64,000 bases of DNA, taken from assembly GCA_043821645.1 (NCBI GenBank), contig JBDRCO010000101.1, forward strand, positions 57,356 to 121,355, written 5' to 3'. Of this stretch, positions 1 through 8,589 are shown piece by piece. Every line of letters starts with the position of its first letter. The stretch's first letter is position 1. The position numbers were made by a program, and so were the translations under genes. This DNA comes from Pseudomonadota bacterium. GTDB taxonomy: Bacteria > Myxococcota > JACRCW01 > JAFGSX01. Under the pieces are notes generated by a model. That model was not told the origin of the DNA, made no database searches, and was given only the letters and a program-made list of their open reading frames with translations.

Positions 1-1302
1 TACTGCCGCCTTTGTGTCACCAAGGTTCACCACATCCGCGTACACCAGCTCGGGAGCGTGCTCGATGCGGCAGCCCAGGCAGAGGGCGCGCTCGGCTAAG
101 GCGTGTTCCGGGCCCCGAGCAGGCCCGGAGATCGTGCGCGCGACGTCGAGGTAAACCTGGCCGCTCTCCGCTCTCGACAGCTGCACACAAAAGCGCCCTG
201 GCGTCAGGAAAGCCCGGTGCAGGCTCCAGCGCGGACAGGCCGCCCCATGGCGCGTCAAGGCACGGCCCGAGGCACTGAACCACTTGCTGAGATTGCCGGC
301 GAGGTCGCCCCGGGCGAGGTGAAAAGGGATGCCTTCCTGGCCCGGGCGCTGCAGCGTGGTCAGCCGGTCACAGACCATCTCGAAGCTGGCGTCGAAGACA
401 TTCTGCAGCAGTTCGAGATCGTGACGACGGGAACGGGCGGCATCGAGGAAGGCCTGGTAGGGCATCAGCACGGCACCGGCGAAGTAGCTGGCGAGAACCT
501 CGCGGCCGAGGTCGCGTGAGGCCTCGGTGGTCAGCGCGGGATCCTCGACCAGGCGCTGCATCAGGGCGCCCTGGGTGATCCGTGCGATGCGGTGCGCGAG
601 CTGAAAACAGCGGTGGCTGCGGGGAAGAGACTCCGACAGCAGAAGCTGCCGATCGTTCGCCACGAAGCGCGCCAGCGCGCCCCCATCCTCGGCGGACGGA
701 ATGACATGAACGCGAACGCCGAGCTGTTCCTCGAGATGGTGCAGCAGTCCTTCGAGCAGCGAACTAGGGTGCAGCTTCGCCTCGCGCCACAGGGCCTCGG
801 CCGCGTCCTCCAGCTCGGCAAAGTGATGGCGATGCTGCTGGATGAAGACCGGGACCTCCTCCGTCGGCAGTCCGGCAGGCGACGTTCCAGGAGAGGACAG
901 CGCCTCAGCGACTCTGTGCGCCAGATGATCTCCCGTCTCCCTGTGCTCGCAGTAGGAGCGGAACAATCGCACCACTGCGTGGCTCAGGTTGGGGGCCGCA
1001 GCCACCATGTCCTTGATCTCCGAGCTGGCCAGCTCCAGGTTCTCGAACAGGGGGTCGCCAAACACCTCGAGCAGACCCTGGGTGAGCTGAACATCGTGGC
1101 CTGCCGCCAGCTGCGCGATGTCGAGCTGGAAATGCCCCGCCATCTTGATGAGAAGTGGAGCCGGCAGCGCGCGCCGTTCGTGTTCGATGAGGTTGAGGTA
1201 ACTCGACGAGATGCCGAGTTGCTTGGCCAGTTCCGCCTGGGTGACGCCCTGGCGTCGACGAAGCGCGCGGATCTTGCCTCCCAGGTGGCTGTTCTCGTCC
1301 AT
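1..1302 (-). CDS. XRE-family short-chain acyl-CoA regulator (RamB/PrpR type), 3' end outside window
   Basis: Missing from the ORF track because it has no stop in the window. Hand translation from ATG 1302: MDENSHLGGKIRALRRRQGVTQAELAKQLGISSSYLNLIEHERR (XRE HTH), then YFAGAVLMPY, RLTTLQRPGQEGIPFH, DLAGNLSKWFSAS, GAACPRW. Confidence 0.9.
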   Translation of the reverse strand, partial: MDENSHLGGKIRALRRRQGVTQAELAKQLGISSSYLNLIEHERRALPAPLLIKMAGHFQLDIAQLAAGHDVQLTQGLLEVFGDPLFENLELASSEIKDMVAAAPNLSHAVVRLFRSYCEHRETGDHLAHRVAEALSSPGTSPAGLPTEEVPVFIQQHRHHFAELEDAAEALWREAKLHPSSLLEGLLHHLEEQLGVRVHVIPSAEDGGALARFVANDRQLLLSESLPRSHRCFQLAHRIARITQGALMQRLVEDPALTTEASRDLGREVLASYFAGAVLMPYQAFLDAARSRRHDLELLQNVFDASFEMVCDRLTTLQRPGQEGIPFHLARGDLAGNLSKWFSASGRALTRHGAACPRWSLHRAFLTPGRFCVQLSRAESGQVYLDVARTISGPARGPEHALAERALCLGCRIEHAPELVYADVVNLGDTKAAV

Positions 1303-1494
1303 GTGCGGTCTCCCGGAACAGGGGTCGTCCGTGAACTCTGAACGACCCTCATGAGCAGTGCCATCATGGTCCCGGATCGCGGACCTGGGAACCGGGAACT
1401 CGGCCGCCTGGCCACGGGTGCCGATGGGTCGTTTTTGGCTCACGCAGCAGGCGACAGTGCGCTATCGTCCGCGGGTCGAGGCGGGGGGACAGTC

Positions 1495-1968
1495 ATGCAG
1501 CTGATCATCTGGTTGCGCCAGCAACACGACGAGTTGATGGTACTCCTGCTCGAGTACTCTCGCCTGCTGAGTGAGCGCGACGTGGCGCAGAGTTCGATGG
1601 AGCTGCGCGGTCTGATCACGCGCATCGCCGGGAAGCTGAAGATCCACTACGCCATGGAAGACCACTCCCTGTACCAGCCTTTGCTCGCGCATCCCGATGC
1701 TGCGATCCGGGCGCTGGCGCGGAGCTTTCAAGCCGAGGTGGGTCATCTGGCCGCAGCGTTCCAGGGCTTCCTCGATCGCTGGCCAAGCAGTGTCGCCATC
1801 CGTGCGGACGTCGACGGATTTCGCGCGGACAGCGAGGAGGTGATCAGCAGCGTGGTGTATCGCATCCTGCGCGAGAACGAGGAACTCTATCCCCCGGCTT
1901 CCCTGGCCATGGCCACCGAGACCGGGTCCGTCTATCAGCGCGTGCGGGCCACGCAGGGTTCCCGCTAG
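1495..1968 (+). CDS. Hemerythrin/HHE cation-binding domain protein
   Basis: LRQQH, HYAMEDHSLY and RILRENEELYP motifs; G-rich RBS before ATG 1495. Confidence 0.8.
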   Translation: MQLIIWLRQQHDELMVLLLEYSRLLSERDVAQSSMELRGLITRIAGKLKIHYAMEDHSLYQPLLAHPDAAIRALARSFQAEVGHLAAAFQGFLDRWPSSVAIRADVDGFRADSEEVISSVVYRILRENEELYPPASLAMATETGSVYQRVRATQGSR

Positions 1969-1987
1969 GCCACGCCATCTCGTCGGC

Positions 1988-3337
1988 TCATGCTTCGATG
2001 TCGCGCTGGTGCTTGACCACGCCGGTCTTGTAGGCGGCGTCGGCCACCGCCTTTGCCACGGCCTCGTGCAGTTCCTTCTTGAGCAGGCTCGGCACCAGAT
2101 CACCCTCGGCGGCGTGCTCGGCGATGACGGTGGCGGCGGCGATCTTCATCAGGTTGTTGACGCGGGTGGCTCGCGCCATCAGCGCGCCCTTGAACAGGCC
2201 CGGGAACGCGAGCGCATTGTTGACGCCCTTGCCATCTGCCGCGAAGGCTGCTCCGGCCTCGATGGCGTCGTCGGGGGAGATCTCGGGATCGGGGTTGCTG
2301 AGCGCGAGGATCACCTGCTTGGGCTGCACCAGCTCGGGCTTGATCAAACCGGGCACACCGGTGGTGGCGATGACGATCTTCGACTCCTTCATCACCCCGG
2401 CCAGATCCGTCGCGTTCCCTCCGCCATCCGAGAAGCGCTTGAGGGCACCCTCGTTGATGTCGGTGCCGCAGATCGTCTGCACCCCGTAGGCCTTGAGCAG
2501 CTTGAAGATACCCATGCCGGCAGCGCCAAGACCGATGATGCCCACGTTCGATTTCTTGAGGTTGATGTAGGTGTAGCGGGCGATGTTGAGCAGAGCGGCG
2601 AGCACCACCACGGCCGTGCCGTGCTGGTCGTCGTGCACCACCGGGATGTCCAGGATCTGGTCGAGCTGGTTCTCGATCTCGAAACATTCCGGAGCGCGGA
2701 TGTCCTCGAGCTTGATGGCGCCGAAGGTGGGGGCGATCGCCTTGACCGCCTGGATGATCACCTCGGGGTCCTTGCTGTCGATCAGGATGGGGATACCGTT
2801 GATGTCGGCGAGCAGCTTGAACAGCAGCGACTTGCCTTCCATGACGGGCATGCCCGCCACGGGGCCGATGTCACCGAGCCCCAGGATCGCCGTGCCGTTG
2901 GTCACGATGGCCACGGTGTTGGGGATGCCCGTGTACAGGTAGGCCAGCTCGGGGTCCTTGTGGATCTTGCGGCAGATGCTGGCCACGCCGGGCGTATAGA
3001 CCAGCCCCAGGTCATCGATCGACTGCACGGCCACGCGGGGCTGGATCTCGATCTTTCCACCGCGATGCACCTCTTGCACCACATCCTTGGTGTCGATGAG
3101 GTTGACACCCTCCATGCGGCGCACATCGTCGCAGATCTGGTCGAACACCTCCTCGGAACGGACCCAGATGTCGACGTCGCGGATCTTGTAGTTCTTGCCC
3201 ATGGAGACCGAGCGGATCTCACCGAAGGCGCCGCCGTGGCTGGCCACCATACTGGCAAAGGCACCCAGGCTACACGGGACGTGCGTGAACTTGATGCGTG
3301 CGCGCTTGATGATGCGAATGGCGGATTCGTGCTTCAT
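1988..3337 (-). CDS. NAD(P)-dependent malic enzyme with N-terminal ACT-like domain
   Basis: YTPGVA, NGTAILGLGDIGPVAGMPVMEGK, LEDIRAPECF, HDDQHGTA, GLGAAG, ALSNP, NNALAFPG. Confidence 0.93.
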   Translation of the reverse strand: MKHESAIRIIKRARIKFTHVPCSLGAFASMVASHGGAFGEIRSVSMGKNYKIRDVDIWVRSEEVFDQICDDVRRMEGVNLIDTKDVVQEVHRGGKIEIQPRVAVQSIDDLGLVYTPGVASICRKIHKDPELAYLYTGIPNTVAIVTNGTAILGLGDIGPVAGMPVMEGKSLLFKLLADINGIPILIDSKDPEVIIQAVKAIAPTFGAIKLEDIRAPECFEIENQLDQILDIPVVHDDQHGTAVVVLAALLNIARYTYINLKKSNVGIIGLGAAGMGIFKLLKAYGVQTICGTDINEGALKRFSDGGGNATDLAGVMKESKIVIATTGVPGLIKPELVQPKQVILALSNPDPEISPDDAIEAGAAFAADGKGVNNALAFPGLFKGALMARATRVNNLMKIAAATVIAEHAAEGDLVPSLLKKELHEAVAKAVADAAYKTGVVKHQRDIEA

Positions 3338-3508
3338 CGAGGACTCCGGTACCCCCTGCAGCGGGAGCGTCGCAAAGATAGCTCTCTGCGAGGTCCGCAC
3401 AAGCGTCGCCTGGACGAAATGGCAGGATTCCCTCTCGGTGATGCGTGGCACTTGCGCGGGGAGCGTGGACCGCTAATCTTGTCCTGCAATCCTTGTAGCG
3501 GGGGGGTG

Positions 3509-4501
3509 GTGCAGACTTCAGACAAACGACGCCTGGCGAGACGTTATCCCTGTGAGATCGACGTCGAGCTCCATCTTCAGCAACAGCGGCTGTCGGCACG
3601 CACCGTCGACGTCAGCCGCCACGGTCTGTTCGTGAGCATGGCGGAGCCACCAGCCGAGAACCGGGTGGTGTTCCTGACACTGATGGTTCCGGGTGAGAAG
3701 CTCGAGACCATGGCGGTGGTCACCCACCGCAAGCTCGAGCCTTCCAGGGATGAAAGAGGGGCGGGATTCAAGTTCTTCGCCATGTCGCAGGAGGCCCTGC
3801 AGCGCTGGGAGAGCTTCCTGGCGAGCCTGGGCAGCGGGCACAGCGTGCTGCCGCAGCCTCAGGGGGAGGATCGCATCGGCGCCGCCGTGGCCACCTTCTT
3901 CATCCAGCTCGACAGCGCGATGGACATGTTCAACTTCTTCGAGCGCCACGTGGCCAGAGGCGAGATCGTCCGGGTGACCCCGCCAGTCCGCGAGCTCGGT
4001 GCCGAGGTCACCATCCTGTTCGTGCACCCGACCACCCAGGAGGAATTTTCCCTCAAGGCTCTCGTCGAGGAGCTCTATGCGGACAACCCGCTGCGCATGG
4101 GGATCCGCTTCCCTCCTTTGGATCCGGAATTGCGCCGCGCCTTTTTGCGCTTCCTCGGGCCGAGTGCGGTGGTGGGATCCGATGGCAGCAGCGGGGCCAT
4201 GCCGCTGCTGGCTGCCGCGCGCAAGGGCTGGACCGAGTACGCCTTCTTCTCTCCAAAGGTGACCCGGACTCCGGTCGAACCCGAGGTGCGGACCCTGGTG
4301 GCCTCGGATGCAAGCCTGCTTTCGATGGAGGGTGCGGACGTCGATCTCTCTGATCTGATGGCGACAACTGCCGAGCCCGAAGACGACTTCGATATTGACG
4401 TGGTGATGGGGGACGTTCTCGAGTTGCCCGAACTCGAGCATGTGGATCCGAAGATGCTGTTCGACTTCGACTGGTTGAAAGGCAACCGCGAGAACAGCTA
4501 G
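3509..4501 (+). CDS. PilZ-domain protein (canonical PilZ, second degenerate PilZ-like domain, acidic tail)
   Basis: KRRLARR (RxxxR) and DVSRHG (DxSxxG); GAGFKF and MGIRF end strands. Real part of the 2009..4501 ORF; GTG start at 3506 or 3509. Confidence 0.8.
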   Translation: MQTSDKRRLARRYPCEIDVELHLQQQRLSARTVDVSRHGLFVSMAEPPAENRVVFLTLMVPGEKLETMAVVTHRKLEPSRDERGAGFKFFAMSQEALQRWESFLASLGSGHSVLPQPQGEDRIGAAVATFFIQLDSAMDMFNFFERHVARGEIVRVTPPVRELGAEVTILFVHPTTQEEFSLKALVEELYADNPLRMGIRFPPLDPELRRAFLRFLGPSAVVGSDGSSGAMPLLAAARKGWTEYAFFSPKVTRTPVEPEVRTLVASDASLLSMEGADVDLSDLMATTAEPEDDFDIDVVMGDVLELPELEHVDPKMLFDFDWLKGNRENS

Positions 4502-4731
4502 AAGCCTCGCCCGCGCAGCATCTTCCGGTACCAGGGTTCGATGGCGAGTTCGCCGCTGAAGGCCACGGCAAAGGCCGAACCTCGATCCTCGGTGTCCGCA
4601 AACTTGATGCCTGGGGGTGGCTGCTTCAGCACGCGGCAGACCAGCAGCTTGAGGTTGTAGAAGGGATCCAGGGTTGCCAGTTCGCTCTCCGAGGGCTCCA
4701 GACTCATCCCTGCTCCGGTGTTGCGCGCCAT
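4498..4731 (-). CDS. Small hypothetical protein (77 aa)
   Basis: Strong GAGGAGG RBS before ATG; non-shadow amino acid composition. Confidence 0.65.
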   Translation of the reverse strand: MARNTGAGMSLEPSESELATLDPFYNLKLLVCRVLKQPPPGIKFADTEDRGSAFAVAFSGELAIEPWYRKMLRGRGF

Positions 4732-4837
4732 GATCGCCTCCTCCTGATCGCCAGGATTTCAGGATAGCGAGGGGGAGGGGCCAGACACATCCGCAAGTCG
4801 ACCGATGTCGTGACCACCGTACACTGTCGGGTCCGCG

Positions 4838-5854
4838 CTACACCCCGAGGTAGCGAGCGCACAGGCTGCGCGCCCGCGCGGTATCGCGGGTGCCCTTGAC
4901 GATGGTGCGGCCATCCTCGAACACCAAGAGCTCGACTCCGTCGACGGACACGCGCGCCATGGCACCGAGCGGGTGAACGCTCACAGCGTCTCCGAGGCGC
5001 TGTCTGAGCACGTCAAAGTCAACTCGGACCCCTGGTGTCGGGGAGATCTGCACCGCGTCCTGGCCACACAGGACGTCGTTCCAGCTCTGCCGGGCTGGCG
5101 TCAAGAAGTCAAAACGCCCCTCGCCACAGCATCGGCAAGCGTCCTGCCTGGGGACCTGCACCGTGCGCAGCGAGGGCGACCATGCGTCGATGAGGTGTAG
5201 CCGACCCGCAGGCTCCGGGTCTCCGACCAGCAGTCGCAGTGCGAGGCTCACCTGCACGGACGCGACGAGGGAGGGTAGGGCATTCAGCACCCCCACCGTG
5301 TCACAGGTGGGCTGGCTTCCTGGCATCGGAGCATCGGGCAGCAGGCAGCGCAGGCAGGGCCCCCGACCCGGCGTGATGGCCATGGCCATGCCCTCGGTGG
5401 CCACCGCGCCACCGTAAATCCAGGGTCGCGTGCGCTGCACGCACAGGTCGTTGAGAAGGTAGCGGGTCTCGAAGTTGTCACAGGCGTCGACGACCAGATC
5501 CATGCCGTCCAGCAGCTCGGCTCCGTTGTGCAGGTTGAGATCCGCGACCCGGGGATCGAGCTCAACCTCTCGATTCACGTGCCGCAGGTGCTGACCCGCG
5601 GCCACGGCCTTGGGCGTGCCGAGATCCGCGTCCACCTCGGTGTAGAGCAGCTGGCGGTGCAAGTTGCTGCGCTCGACAACGTCGCGATCCACGAGCCTCA
5701 GGCGTCCCACACCTGCTCGCGCCAGCAGCTGTGCCTGGGTGCTGCCCAGGGCGCCGAGGCCGAGCACCAGCACGCTGGCCTGCTGGATGCGCTGCTGGCC
5801 CGGATCGCCAATCTGCGGCAGCAGGCGATGGCGTGCATGGCGGTCGATGTCCAT
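4838..5854 (-). CDS. moeB: ThiF/MoeB-family adenylyltransferase
   Basis: GLGALG, DRDVVERSNLHRQ, DNFETR, CLRC...CDTVG...CRCC, C-terminal LCGQDAVQI extension. Confidence 0.85.
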   Translation of the reverse strand: MDIDRHARHRLLPQIGDPGQQRIQQASVLVLGLGALGSTQAQLLARAGVGRLRLVDRDVVERSNLHRQLLYTEVDADLGTPKAVAAGQHLRHVNREVELDPRVADLNLHNGAELLDGMDLVVDACDNFETRYLLNDLCVQRTRPWIYGGAVATEGMAMAITPGRGPCLRCLLPDAPMPGSQPTCDTVGVLNALPSLVASVQVSLALRLLVGDPEPAGRLHLIDAWSPSLRTVQVPRQDACRCCGEGRFDFLTPARQSWNDVLCGQDAVQISPTPGVRVDFDVLRQRLGDAVSVHPLGAMARVSVDGVELLVFEDGRTIVKGTRDTARARSLCARYLGV

Positions 5855-5987
5855 CGGTGGGCTCCACACGGGTTCACCGGCATGCTAGCACGTCGTGACG
5901 ATGGTCCACGCGCCAGGACCTGCCTATGATGCCCGCACTCCCTAGGTGGTGATCCGGGAACGGCCACACGGCCAGACGAGGTCAGAC

Positions 5988-6836
5988 ATGATCGAGAAGA
6001 CTCCCACGCGCTTCGATGGCGCCGCGCGCTACGTGCTTGATGACGAGCTGGCCACGATCGTCAACATCTCCATCGCCCTGGAGATGCCGCTCCTGCTCAA
6101 GGGTGAGCCGGGCACGGGCAAGACCATGCTGGCCCACGCCATCGCCGAGCGTCTGCAGATGCCGCTCAAGGTACTCAACGTCAAGTCGAGTATGAAGCTG
6201 GTGGACGCCCTGTACCAGTACGACACCCTGACGCGTCTGAACGATAGCCGCTTCGGGGACTCGTCGCGCGACGTGCGCCGCATCGAGGACTATATCCGCA
6301 TGGGCGTCATCGGCCAGGCCTTCACCGCCGAGCACAAGGTGGTGCTGCTGATCGACGAGATCGACAAGGCAGACGCCGACTTTCAGGACGACATGCTCGA
6401 TGTGCTGGATCAGATGTCCTTCGACATCCTCGAGGTGGACCGCACCGTCCGCGCTGTGCACCGGCCCGTCATCATCATCACATCAAACGCCAAGAAGGAC
6501 CTCTCGGATCCCTTTCTTGGGCGCTGCAACTTTCATCACATCGCTTTTCCGTCGGCCGAACAGATGATGCGCATCGTGCGCGTGCACTTTCCGGACGTGG
6601 CGCAGCGGCTGCTCGACGCGACGGCGAGTGCCTTCTACGAGCTGCGAGGTTTACGCGAGATCGAGAAGAAGCCAGCCACCCGGGAGCTGATCAACTGGAT
6701 CCGGGCTTTGCAGACCGATCCGGATTTTGACCCGGCGCGACTGGAGCAGGGCGAGGTCCCGTTCCTGGGCTTGCTGTTCAAAAAGAGCCAGGACTTCGAG
6801 CTGGCGGCCAAGCATGCACGGCGCCAGGCGAGGTAG
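5988..6836 (+). CDS. MoxR-family AAA+ ATPase
   Basis: Walker A GEPGTGKT, Walker B LLIDEIDKAD, IITSN, KKPATRELINW. Confidence 0.92.
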   Translation: MIEKTPTRFDGAARYVLDDELATIVNISIALEMPLLLKGEPGTGKTMLAHAIAERLQMPLKVLNVKSSMKLVDALYQYDTLTRLNDSRFGDSSRDVRRIEDYIRMGVIGQAFTAEHKVVLLIDEIDKADADFQDDMLDVLDQMSFDILEVDRTVRAVHRPVIIITSNAKKDLSDPFLGRCNFHHIAFPSAEQMMRIVRVHFPDVAQRLLDATASAFYELRGLREIEKKPATRELINWIRALQTDPDFDPARLEQGEVPFLGLLFKKSQDFELAAKHARRQAR

Positions 6837-6839
6837 AGC

Positions 6840-8033
6840 GTGTTCGTCGACTTCTTCTTCACCCTGCGCGAGCGCGGTGTGCCGGCGACGCCGACGTCGT
6901 TTCTGCGCCTGCAGCAAGCCCTCGCCAGCGGGCTGGTGACCTCGATCGACGAGTTCTATGTGGCCGCCCGGGCCATCCTGATCAAGAGCGAGCGCTTCTT
7001 CGACCTGTATGACCAGGTGTTTGCCGAGCGCTTCCGCGGCGCGACGGTGCGGCCCGCCCGCGATCTCGAGATCGATGAGGCCGTACGTGCTTTGCTCGAG
7101 CAGTGGTTGCAGCGGCGGGACGAGCTGGCCCAGGTGCTGGGCGTGGACCCGTCGACCCTGCAGGCCATGACGCCCGACGAGCTGGTCCGCTACTTTCGCG
7201 AGCGACTGCTCGAGCAGACCGAGGCCCACGAGGGCGGCGCCTTCTGGATAGGCACCGGCGGGACCTCCCCGGTGGGACACTCCGGTTTTCATCCAGGCGG
7301 CATGCGGGTGGGAGGGCAGGGTGGCAATCTGTCCGCCGTCAAGGTGGCCCTGGATCGACGCTACAAGGACTACGCCCGCGATCGCTCGCTGGTCGATGTG
7401 CCCCTGGGCGAGGCGCTGAAGAGGCTCCGGAACATGGTTCCCAGCGGGCCGCGCGATCAGGTCGACATCGACGGGACGATCCGCGAGACCCTGCGCCAGG
7501 CCGGTGAGATCGAGATCGCGTTTGAACGGAGCCTCAAGAACCGCCTGCAGGTCGTGGTTGCCATCGACAACGGGGGCTGGTCGATGTACCCCTACATCCC
7601 CGTCGTGCAGCGCCTGTTTGGTGCAGCGCGGGCACAGTTTCGCGATGTCCGGTTCCTGTACTTTCACAACACGGTCTACGACAGCTTGTGGGAAGACCCC
7701 ACGCGCATGCGCAAGCCGGTGCGCGTCGTGGATCTGCCGCGGTGGGAGCCGGACTGCCGCTGGATCTTCATCGGCGATGCCAGCATGGCGCCCTACGAAC
7801 TGTTCGAGCCCGATGGATCCATCACGTTCGAGGCCAGCTCGCCCATCCGATCGCTGGACCGCCTGCAGGGGATCGCCGACCACTTTCAACGCGCTGTGTG
7901 GCTCAATCCCCGGCGTGCCGAGCACTGGGCCTACACGGAGAGCATTGCGGCGATCCGGGGCATCTTTCCGATGTACGAATTGACCCTGGATGGCCTCGAA
8001 GAAGCGGTCACTGAACTCATGAAAAAACAATAA
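6840..8033 (+). CDS. VWA-domain (CoxE-like) partner of MoxR
   Basis: WIGTGGTSPVGHSG, DNGGWSM (MIDAS variant), YFHN, GDASMAPYEL, WLNP; 3 nt after the ATPase. Confidence 0.88.
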   Translation: MFVDFFFTLRERGVPATPTSFLRLQQALASGLVTSIDEFYVAARAILIKSERFFDLYDQVFAERFRGATVRPARDLEIDEAVRALLEQWLQRRDELAQVLGVDPSTLQAMTPDELVRYFRERLLEQTEAHEGGAFWIGTGGTSPVGHSGFHPGGMRVGGQGGNLSAVKVALDRRYKDYARDRSLVDVPLGEALKRLRNMVPSGPRDQVDIDGTIRETLRQAGEIEIAFERSLKNRLQVVVAIDNGGWSMYPYIPVVQRLFGAARAQFRDVRFLYFHNTVYDSLWEDPTRMRKPVRVVDLPRWEPDCRWIFIGDASMAPYELFEPDGSITFEASSPIRSLDRLQGIADHFQRAVWLNPRRAEHWAYTESIAAIRGIFPMYELTLDGLEEAVTELMKKQ

Positions 8034-8076
8034 AAACAGTCAGATATAGAATTCGACCAGCCCCGGTGAACAACGC

Positions 8077-8104
8077 TTGTGCTCCGCTACCAGAAAGCTA
8101 TGGT
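8077..8104 (+). promoter_or_regulatory. Candidate sigma70-type promoter of RRM gene
   Basis: TTGTGC (8077-8082), 16 nt spacer, TATGGT (8099-8104). Confidence 0.4.
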
Positions 8105-8229
8105 TCGAGGCGCTTGCCACACCAGGTCCCTACGGGGGGACCTGCGATTATGTCGGAATATGCCGTCAGCGTGTGGTGAGACAACGGGAAGCTGCAAGGC
8201 GCAGCTTAGAGACTGGGAGTAAGAGCAAG

Positions 8230-8538
8230 ATGTCGAAGAAGCTGTATGTTGGAAATCTGGCTTGGGGAACGACCGACAGTGGGTTGCAGCAGGCCTTCGG
8301 GCAGTTCGGGGAGGTGACCGAAGCGGTCGTCGTGATGGACCGCGAATCGGGCCGTTCGCGCGGCTTCGGTTTCGTCACGTTCTCGGATGACGGCGCGGCC
8401 ATGGAAGCGGTCAATCAGATGAACGGCACCGCGCTGGACGGCCGGAACATCAAGGTCAACGAGGCCAACGAGCGGCCGCCTCGCGGCGGTGGCGGCGGCG
8501 GCGGCGGCGGCGGTGGTGGCCGGCGCGAGCGCTGGTAG
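8230..8538 (+). CDS. RRM RNA-binding protein with Gly-rich tail
   Basis: RNP2 LYVGNL, RNP1 RGFGFVTF, poly-Gly C-terminus. Confidence 0.95.
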   Translation: MSKKLYVGNLAWGTTDSGLQQAFGQFGEVTEAVVVMDRESGRSRGFGFVTFSDDGAAMEAVNQMNGTALDGRNIKVNEANERPPRGGGGGGGGGGGGRRERW

Positions 8539-8557
8539 TTCTCTCTCGTGATAGTAG

Positions 8558-8589
8558 AAAGCGGCGCCCCTGGTGGGCGCCGTTTTTTT
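8558..8589 (+). terminator. Intrinsic terminator, probably bidirectional
   Basis: AAA-GCGGCGCCC-ctggt-GGGCGCCGT-TTTTTT between convergent genes. Confidence 0.85.

Noticed and set aside
592..1341. 249-aa plus-strand ORF and other short ORFs in 1-1400
   Set aside because: Antisense shadows of the RamB-type regulator on the minus strand.
2009..3505. N-terminal 500 aa of the 830-aa ORF
   Set aside because: Antisense shadow of malic enzyme; only the PilZ part from about 3509 looks real.
4498..5854. ThiF enzyme plus small protein ending LRGRGF as a ubiquitin-like conjugation pair
   Set aside because: No C-terminal GG, no beta-grasp pattern, no E2 or JAB gene nearby; the enzyme looks like ordinary MoeB.
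5988..8033. MoxR-VWA pair as a novel or defence system
   Set aside because: Common two-gene chaperone module with no accessory genes here.
8485..8520. (GGC)n microsatellite
   Set aside because: Encodes the usual poly-Gly tail of RRM proteins.
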